Assembly: GCF_026571515.1 (NCBI RefSeq)
Contig: NW_026865718.1
Location: forward strand, 124,001 to 188,000
DNA length: 64,000 nucleotides
Direction: 5' to 3'
Source: Ruditapes philippinarum
Lineage: Eukaryota
The notes beneath the pieces are model-generated. The model did no database searches and was not told the DNA's origin. It was given only the letters and a program-made list of their open reading frames with translations. The position numbers and the translations under genes were made by a program. Below are positions 36,101-46,101 of the stretch, one piece after another; the first letter of the stretch is position 1; each line of letters begins with the position of its first letter.

Positions 36101-39100
36101 ACTGCTATATCGCGAACCGTAAAGCTCTTCAATATGACGGGGTGACGGGAGGGAATGGTAATTATCCATGCTTGTATTACTTCCGTAGGTCATATTCCAA
36201 GACGCCATGTCTGATGGCAAACTTTCTGTAGATTGCTGATGAATTTCGTGACGTTTCAAGTATTTCCTTGGAGTAGAGGCTAAAGATGTTCTATGCTGTA
36301 AGAACTTATCTTCAAAACTTCCGTTTGATAGATTTTCAGCACTTAGAAACCTTTCCCGCGATTTCAATACTTTCAATCTTGAAATAGACGGTTTCTTGTG
36401 TTGAGATTCAAACGTGATATTCACTCGTTCATTTGTAACCGGTTGTTGCAGGATAGATGTGTATTTCTTTAAATTATGCTTAAAAACTTTCCGTTTCACT
36501 CCTTTCAATTCCTTTGATCTAGATAGAAGATCGGAAGGTTTAGTCGCCGGTGACCGGACGACACGTGACGTCACTTCCGAGTCACTCAATCCTCTTATTC
36601 GGGCAGCATTGTATGTATCTTGTAGACTGTGAAAACTTTCTTCTAAACTGTTTAAAGAGTCATCATCCGAAACTAGGGAACAAGACCCAATAGAATCTAA
36701 TTGCTCATCTTTATAATTATCATTCTCTAATTTCACATTATCTGTATGTTCAATAATTTTCAATTCCACGTCATTTATGTCACACTCCTCTTCACTTTTT
36801 AACAAGCTATCGTCAATTTGTATTCCAAGTTTTGAAATATATTCAGTTTTATTCGGCAAGCTTGTGCTACTCGGCTCTTCTAATGAAGAAATGTCACTGC
36901 GTTTGTAATTATATCTATCATCTATGCCTGGAGAATGTCCAACTTGCGTATTTTGTTTGACATTATTTAAATTTTCTGATTTTGGCAACGAATCACTGAC
37001 ATTCTGATCTTTAAAATCCAATTGACTAGCTTTTAAATTGTTTTGTAATGGTGTACTATTGTCTTTTACAATGTTATTTGGTGACAAAATTGATTCTATA
37101 CTTTCAGTAGCATTGTTACAAAATCCGACATTTTGCTGATCATTATTTTCTACACTTTTATTATAAGTAACGTTCTTATCTGCTTTATCTTTATATTTTT
37201 GATCGTTAGTATTGGATTTTTCAGGTTCTTCATAGATTTTTCGATAATTGGGTCCGATTTTATGCTGAGGCGGTGTTGTTTTGTCCTGAAATTCTTTTGT
37301 ATCTTTATAAATCTTATCTGAACAATTATCTATATTGTTATCGCTGTTCAAAATCTCTCTATCATGTACATTGTCCGTTTGCCTCGGATCATTAGATTTA
37401 TGAATTCTATCCCCTATGCTCAATGTCAAACTATTGTCTTTTTCAGATTTAAATTGATCGGAAATATTTTCCGGTTGAACACCTTCAGGGTGGTCAGCTG
37501 ACAACTGTAGGTCTCTAGACTTATCTACTTTTATTGCACTTTCTGAGGTAAGAACACTCCCAACTGGACGCGCATGCGTATTACTTTGACTAGAATTTCG
37601 AGGCAAATCGCTTTCAAATAAATTGTCTACAAACGTTTCATAAGAAAGGCTATTATTTTGCTTAAAGTCATCACTTTCTAATGAACTGTTTTTTTGGTCA
37701 TTATCATTAATAGTCCCTGTCTCATTTATATTAACAGAATTTAAATCATTCAATAAGTCATCAACAGACGTTTCAAGGTTCGATTTCTGTTTTGCTCTTT
37801 TCTGTTTTTGACTATCTACACCTACACTGTCAATAATATCATCAATATTAGTTTCACGTCTTGACGTCCACTCTTCTTTCAATGGTGTAGAATGAACGGG
37901 AATATGTGATGTCACTGTTACTTGTTTCTCAAATATATCATCAATGTTTGTTTCTATGTGTGATTTAGATGGTGTTATTGTCCTACGACTTGATTTTCTT
38001 GCTGGTTTTCTAATGTCTTTATTATCTTCATTAATTTCACTTAAAACATCATCAATATTTGTCTCAATACTTGAATTTGACCTAGTTTTTAAATCATTGA
38101 CAGACTCACTTTCAAATATATTATCAATATTAGTCTCTTTTTTCACTCGTTTACCTATCTTTGCATCATTATCTGTGCGATGTTTTGTTTTTGATAAACT
38201 TTCATCATCAAGTTCGTCATCTATAGAAGTTTCCAGTCGATTTTCTTTCAAACTTTCATTTACTGAATCAACATTATTTTTAATATTTTGTTGACCTTTA
38301 TTGTCTAATCCATGATGTTTACTTAATCCAGTATCATCTGCAAGTCTGTCGTTATTGTCAGTATTTTCTGAATTTACGTCACTTAAATCCGCGGCTTTTT
38401 CTGCACTTTTTCTGGTCAAGTATTCAATTTTTTCTGTCAAGCTGCTAAGTGTTTCACCAAGTCCTTCGGGATGTTGTAAATTATTCATTTCTTTCACACT
38501 TAAACTACCCGTTTTATCACCATCTCTATCGATTACAAATTTCTGATCAAGATCTTGTATCAAATAATCTTTATCGATCGCGTTTGGATCTTTATTAAAA
38601 GATGATATATCTTGCTCAGGAAACGGAACATGTTCAGATATCGGACTTAGTTCTGATTGAATAATATACTTTTTAAAGTCAATTTCACCAACAGTGTTTG
38701 TCTGTTTACTTTCATTTTCACTTTCAATGCCTGTTTTTGCGATCGATTTTTCTGCGTCAGCATAACTAGAGAGATTTGGCAATTTTGATGGCGGAGAATA
38801 ATGGTCTTGATTGATTGACAAAGATATTGGTTTTTCTATTTTTTCTTCAGATTTACTTTCTTCGTCTTCAGAAGTTATCGGAGAAAGAGGCCCGTCACTG
38901 CGAGTATCCGAATCTGACAAATTGTTTCTATCTGTGACGTATGATCGTTTTTTAAATTGCGTGCTTATATCTTCTGTGTGTGAAAATTTAAATCCCCTGG
39001 CATCGTCTGGTAATGTATGGGAGATTACTGCATCGCCATATTCTGGAGATAATCCGACAGAGTTCAAGTTCGTGAATGTTTCAAAGTTCCTTAGTTTACC

Positions 39101-41425
39101 TTCATCGTCATCTTCATTTGACTCATCAGCAATTACTAAAAAGAAGGAATCATCATCGCTGTCAAGATTGAATTGAAACGCTGCCAAATCATCGTCGTCA
39201 GGGTCGTATTCACGTAGCGGGGGGTCGGAGCTATCTGATGAATTGTCTGAATCAAAATGCCTGTCAGTATCACTTACGGTTTGTTCAGAGGGGTGTTCAT
39301 GTATGATTTCATCATTATGTGCATTAAGGGAGTCTGTAGAGTCAATATGGCCGTTCTCTGAAATGTGTGCATTTATTTGGGTCATTTCATCAACCGCAGG
39401 CAAAGATTCAGCTGATGATATGCATGAGTCATCACTTGCAGCTTTACCATTCATATTAAAATTTTCTGATTGATTCTCGCTTTCTTGTTCTAGAATCTCT
39501 TTCCCAGAACTGCTATCGGCATCACTCTCATTTTCATTACTTCCGGTATTTGCACTAAGTAAACTGTTTAGACTGTCATTTAGAAAACCACTTACGAGAG
39601 AGTAACTTTCGTATTTTCCAAGTCCCTCTGTCGTCTGTCCACTGAGATCAGACGACATACATTCGCCCGAGGCCCTGTCAACGTTAATGACCGGTAAGTT
39701 ACTTAGGGAATTATTTGCGTTATTATTTCGATCGATGTAACTATCACTATCATTTGATTTTACGCTTAACACCGTTATGACTGATTCACTGCTGCAAGAC
39801 TCGGTGTCTGAGAATGGTTCCTCTGTTAAATTGTCTAATGCGCATGTACGAATAGGTGACGGCGGTAAATCGTCGTCTGAAATCTCAGAAATTTTATAAT
39901 CATCCTCTGCCGATTTTAAATGAAGATTTTCTTTCATAGTTTCTGGCGTTTTACTTAACTGGCTACTTAATTCAGCATTATAAATCTCATCATTTACTTC
40001 ACATAATTCATCGTTTGTGTTTTTCACATTTGACCCCAGGTTGACATTACTGTTGATCTTACCGCTATTTAAAGCCGCCCCCTCATTAATATTCAAGTCA
40101 CATACCGTATCAGAGGGTGCTACTTTCGACTCAAGAACATGCTGCTCATTTAAGTTTGCATCCTTGCTTTTTGAATCATCAAGCGGAAAATTGCTTTTAA
40201 CATCGTCTGCTTCATTTCGCTTCAGTGGCGTTTGACTATGTTGAGGCTGACACATTGCATTTATTTCAATTTTGTTAAGTAACATTCCTGACTCGGTAAT
40301 TTGATCAGTTTTATGGTCATTATTTACTTCATTTTGTGAAGATCCCGATGTTATCAAGTTTGTATCTTTTACGCTTGCATTATTGCTACCGGTAAACTCC
40401 GAATGTTGATTTATTTCTGATATATCACAAGATTTCAATGTTTTATCATTACCTACAGCAGAGGTTTGACTATCACCCTCTACTGAAAGACCACCCTCCC
40501 CACGTGCATAAGGGTCAAGGCCCTCCTCCCCCCGGTCACTTGCTTCATTTTCGCACTCCTCCATGATTGTATCTAGCGACGTTACCCCATAAAATGCCCC
40601 GCCTCTTTCTTCAGAATCCGAATCCGAATCGGACACTTGGATTTCATACACGTGCTCGTCATCGCTAGAATCTGTATCATCGTCACTTTCAACGTCAGGA
40701 TATAAGTCTATATAGCCACTATCCCCACCCGTATCTTTATATTCAAAGTTTGCAAACCTTTGTGAAAATGGAACATTCGGACTTAATGAAGAATTACTGC
40801 TCGGACTGGAACCAAAAGATAGAGAATTAGTATCATGGGAATCATTGTTTACTTGTAAATTTAATGCCCTATTAGGATTTGAAACAAAGTCTCTTACAGT
40901 CCTTCTAGTTTTAATAACACAGGGATTTTCATCACCAGTTTCTTCCTCCCATTTATATTCGTCCCATGTGGTCAGTGTGTCGACTGTCAAACTGTCGTCT
41001 GCACTAGAAATGGAGGACAAACTGTCGTCTGCTACTGGCACAGCCTCAGGCAAGCGTTCTTGCACGGGGTTATGGCGATCGTATACAACGTCCTCGAGTA
41101 CAACTTGTTGATCGTCTGCTAACCTTGAATTTAAGACACTCCCTTCATCAATGCTCAGATCGATACCTCGTAACTCTCCCAGTCGTGGTTTGGTCAATTT
41201 TGCCCTATCTGGTGATTTATTATGAAAAGTGGATTTTTTATCTACAGAATATTGCAATGATTTGTGTGGACTAGAACCGAACCCGGCTGCACCTGAGGCC
41301 TCCTCCTCTTCAGCCAAAAGCCTCCATGAAAACATTATGGTGATTATAGTGGCGATAGCTGCCGTCAAGAACCGTTCAAATGCCCCGTCCGGAGCACCGC
41401 CGGCTGATGATGGTAATCTATCCAT
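33194..41425 (-). CDS. AJM1: Apical junction component 1 (AJM1/ajm-1)-like protein, 2743 aa: long acidic/Ser-rich disordered region plus C-terminal MYND-like zinc finger and AJM1 domain
   Basis: 8.2-kb uninterrupted ORF with GCCATGG Kozak context. C-terminal [73 protein letters not shown] and FMCVIM match the AJM1 family pattern. Confidence 0.85.
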   Translation of the reverse strand: [2743 protein letters not shown]

Positions 41426-42411
41426 GGCGATGTATGATGAATTGATCTATTTCATTAAACTTTAACACAGCGTAATGTCAACATTAACAAGAAAACACCT
41501 GACACTTAATTTATCTTCATATTTCACATCACTTTACTTATTAACCTGATCCCAAGAGCTTATCAATCAATTCACTTATCCTTTTACTAAGTATTATTAA
41601 ATCCAGTATACTCCATTTTCCTGACGAATATTACATTATCCTCAGAGAAAGTTGAACTGCCTCCAGCCTGCCATATACCGAAACACGAAATTCCCGTAAA
41701 ACGTCATGGTAGACATGTATAACAAATATGGCCTCCATCCATTGACCCAATAAGAAATACCGATCTTGTCACGTGTTTTAGAAGTTAAATATAGCAGTGC
41801 AAACTGTCACCGGAGGGTAAACAAATCGTTATCAAGCCACAATAATAATGTTTGTGTTCTTTATCATCTTACAAAAGGCGACAATTTGTATTTTAGCAGT
41901 TTATTTCTATCGAGCAGAAGAGTTATGACTGTTTAATTCAATAATAACATGTTAAAACGCATACATGCGGCGATTAGCCGTGTAATTAAGGCGAAACGCG
42001 ATATCGATTTTAAGGTCAATGTCAGTTAAAACCGCATTTTAATTTACGACATCCTAGGTTTACGACAATAAATGGACCCTTTAAAGATTAAATGAAACCA
42101 CGGCACGATTCGAACTCTCGCAACTGAAACGTTTATAAATAAATATAAGTTTACAATACATAAAAAAATAAATATTGGAAAAAAAAAATGAAATATAAGC
42201 ATATAGGTTAATAATTAAACGTGATCGAATACATTGCATTGATTTTTAAGTTGACATATGTATATTGTAAATATTCATCATCTTCATTAATAGCTATTCG
42301 ATCAGTACTGTATAATAAATTACCAAACATTTAATTAATACTTAAATTATTGTATTGATCAAAGAGTAATTAAGATCTAGATTCTTAAAAATTGAAACAT
42401 TGTTTGATCTA

Positions 42412-42790
42412 ATCATCACAAATCATCATCATCATCATCATGATCGTGAAGAAACTGACAAAATAAATCATCATCACTATCATCACCACCAAAGGAGATC
42501 TTATATCGTAACACATATCAACAACATAGCATTGATATTATGCATCATCAAAGTCACCATCATCTTTCATCATCATCCTCATCATCGTGAAGAAATTGAC
42601 ACAATAAATCTGCATCATTTCCAGAAGAAATCTAATATGGTATCATATATCATCAACATAGCATTGATACTATACTTTATCAAAATTATCATCATCATTA
42701 CCATTATCATCTCATCATCATAATATAATCATCATCATCATCATCATCAACAACAACAACAACATTATCATCATGAAAAATCATCATGAA
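42412..42790. repeat. (CAT)n/(CAA)n-rich low-complexity region with an internal duplication
   Basis: atcgtgaagaaa.tgaca.aataaatc and atcaacatagcattgata-like blocks occur twice among CAT runs. Confidence 0.8.
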
Positions 42791-43681
42791 TTGCTGTGAT
42801 GTGCTTATAATATGTTATTGATCTCCATAACGAAAAAAAAAACCTAAACAATCTACATTTGTAATATCTGTAATGACTCACTTTCCAGATTTTAACAGAG
42901 AATTCTGATGGTTTTTGCTGTAGCAGGAATCGATATAATAAAGTAGAGATGATAACAATAATTTTAGGTATATGACAGGAGTTCGGAGTTTAAAAATACA
43001 TGCTACAAACTTCAAAATGACACTGATAGCAACTGTATACCATCTACAGAATTTTATTTGAAATGTGAATGAATGCATTCGTGCGAAACACAAGTCATTT
43101 TGTATAGCGAGAGCATTTTTTTCTTTTAAATTTCAATATGAATGTGAAATGTAAATATAGCAATTTGTGAGAAACACCAATTTAAACTTTCATTTATGAA
43201 TCAGAGAATGTTGATGGTATAGATTAAATGTGAATGAAAGGGTTTAATGTAGTTGAAATAATATTAGGTAACCGTAAAGATATCAATAGCTCTATAGTGG
43301 CTTAATCCCTGTCAATAGTCGTTGATATATTTATTATCTGTTAATAACATGTGAAATTCCTTAAATCCCGAAATATTTAAAGCCTAACGAAAATAGTTGA
43401 CCTTACAAAAATGCGAAAAGAATTCCGAATTACGTAAGGTTTTTTTTTTTATTAAATTGATATAGCACCGACACAAGAAATGTTAATAAGTTTCTTAAAC
43501 GGTCAATGTGGCTAGATATCTTTACTGTACATTAATTTAAATAGGTGGAATTTTGTCAACGCACATAATATCACCCCACGGTCTACGTATTTCTCCTTGA
43601 ACAAAACGAACTAATATTATCTATCAATAGCAAAGATTTTCTTAATTTTCGCCTCACTTCACTAAATGTTTAAAAAGACCG

Positions 43682-43748
<67 letters not shown>

Positions 43749-43769
43749 TTTTTCTTTCTTTCTTTCTTT
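43682..43769. repeat. (CTTT)n microsatellite
   Basis: Directly visible. Confidence 0.97.
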
Positions 43770-45380
43770 GATTCAACAGGCCATTCAATACGTGATTGTT
43801 TAATGTTGAACTTATTAAAGAAACTTTTAGCATGTTAGTACCCACTCATAGTCTCTTTCATTTCCTAACATGTACTATACAATTTAGTATTAATAATGTA
43901 TATATCAAAATAGACATCATTATATTATCAATGTATAATAATGTACGCTTGAATAAAATTTCAAAGTGTTTAAATACTTAACTTGCATGGTTACGTGTGA
44001 AATTAATCATCAGTGAAATATGACATTGTTAGATTGATGAGTTGTCGGGGGGTTACTTAGCCATGTAGATATCTACAACACAACCAAGAAACTCGAGTAT
44101 GTGTGTTACCCCGAAGCTGAAATCTAACTATGTCCCCGTCGCGCTCTCTATACATTTTATACTACAAAATACATTATTTTCATCCGTTTCAAACGCTGAT
44201 ATATGTACTAAAAACATTATTTTCATGCGTATCAAACGCTGATATATCTATCTTATTTTAGGGGGGGGGGGGGCACAAAGAATTGTGTGTGGGGGTTAAG
44301 ACGTCGTTGTTGGTGTTATTCGTCATCGAAAAGTTATCTATGATAATTTAGATCATATCTCATATCCCATTCATGTTTGTTTTTATTATATCTAGATGTT
44401 CGGTCAAGTAAAACATTTGTTTTTATTTTGAAATAATGACACATTACGATATTGTTGTTTTTACTTGTTTTTTTTTCTGTCCTTTAAATGCCCTGGGGGA
44501 TATTAAGTATGTACATATATATTATGTAATATTTACTGACAAGTAACAGTAAAGGCACAGCGTAAGTAAACAATGTTGAAAGTAAATTTAATTTACGAGA
44601 TATCTTCTGTAATAAAGTAGTAAGCCTCCAGATCCACGCTACAACTACTGTTTAAATGAAAATTATGAAAGTGTTTTAAGCAGTTAATAAAAAATATTGT
44701 CTATGTACAAACTAACCAAGTTTATACATAAGTACATGTATTTAATAATCCACAAAAATAACCTAAAAGCATTAACCGTTAGTAACGGTATATAGATAGA
44801 TGGCGATAAAGTATAGCATTTAGTTGCATATATTTCATTGAATATCATATGAATATTTATAAACCTTATAAACTCTTGTAACATTGTTCTTTACTTATTT
44901 TTTTTAAAACTTGGATCTCTCAGTCATATGGAGTTGCCACTCCACGAGGCACTACCACACAATTATTTCATTTATCTAATGTGCTCTTTGCTAAAATCTG
45001 TACCCGCAAACGCCACTACCGTAAACTGCACAATTTACCTGTCTATAATGTACAATATTGGCGATCCTAAAGATTATGTTGTGACAGGTTTTATTGCAAG
45101 CTGTTAATGTTCATATCTAAATAGAGCATCCATTATTGTCCTGTAGTCGAGACTGTTATCATAATCAAGTTATCTACAATCAATGCACGAGATATGTATT
45201 TCCCCGTTACAAAACCGCATTGTCAAATGAAAACAAGATGTCTCTTTAAAAAAGATACCCGGTCGTGGTAAACCTGGTTAATAGAACAACTGGTCAGGTT
45301 TATTTCGCTAATTTCAATGCAACGATAACTATACTGGATATGTATGCTTTATCACGAAGACAAATTATTATATCATTTGA

Positions 45381-46101
45381 GGTAGTCTTACTGCAATGCT
45401 TTCCCGCCAAAAAAATCTAACATCGCCCAATATCGTAATAAATCGATCATTTCCGGAACGTTATTTTTCACAATCTTCGGTATTTAATCATTTTTATCCG
45501 TTTAAAACTGGAATTTAGTACATATCGATAAAGGATGAATGATTATATAGAGGATATTTGTTTAGTTCAGTGTAAGATCGGAATATATTTCACCGAGTGA
45601 GCACGAAAAGGTATATTTCATGAGTGGAGCAGCCACGAGAGAAATATGAACTTTTGGTGTTCACAAGGTGAAATATATTTCGATCTTACGCTAAACTAAA
45701 CAAATTTTCTTTTTATTATATGCAAATAAACGTTTTAAAAAGACATTAAATCTAATACTGAATGAAAAGCGCGCCAAATAATAATACAACGTGACGTCAT
45801 TTACGACGTCACGTCATTAAGTTGGTACCCAGTACTGTGTACGCTGGTATTTCACTGAAACAACGTAAGGGGCTTAAATTCAAAACAGTGAAATTATCAA
45901 AGTGGTAATTTCACTGTTTCAAACAGTGAAATTACCAGTTTTATATCACTGATATATTTCTATAAACCACCGAAAAGCATGTAATAAATATAATCAAATG
46001 CCCACGATTTTGAAAAAAAAAATGGTACGGAAATAACCGATTTGCTACGATATTGGCCGATGTTAGATTTTTTGGCGGGAAAGCATTACAGTTAGACTAC
46101 C
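45381..46101. mobile_element. Foldback MITE with inverted arms of about 110 bp, carrying a nested element (about 45548-45990)
   Basis: ggtagtct.actg.aatgctttcccgccaaaaaa.tctaacatcg.ccaatatcgta at the left and its reverse complement ending gactacc at 46101. The inner element starts atagaggatatt. Confidence 0.75.

Noticed and set aside
33278-41465. Numerous + strand ORFs overlapping the AJM1-like gene
   Set aside because: Antisense shadows of a long coding exon with no recognisable motifs.
42400-43845. His-rich ORF 42400-42723 and KKER-repeat ORF 43654-43845
   Set aside because: Products of (CAT)n and (CTTT)n microsatellites.
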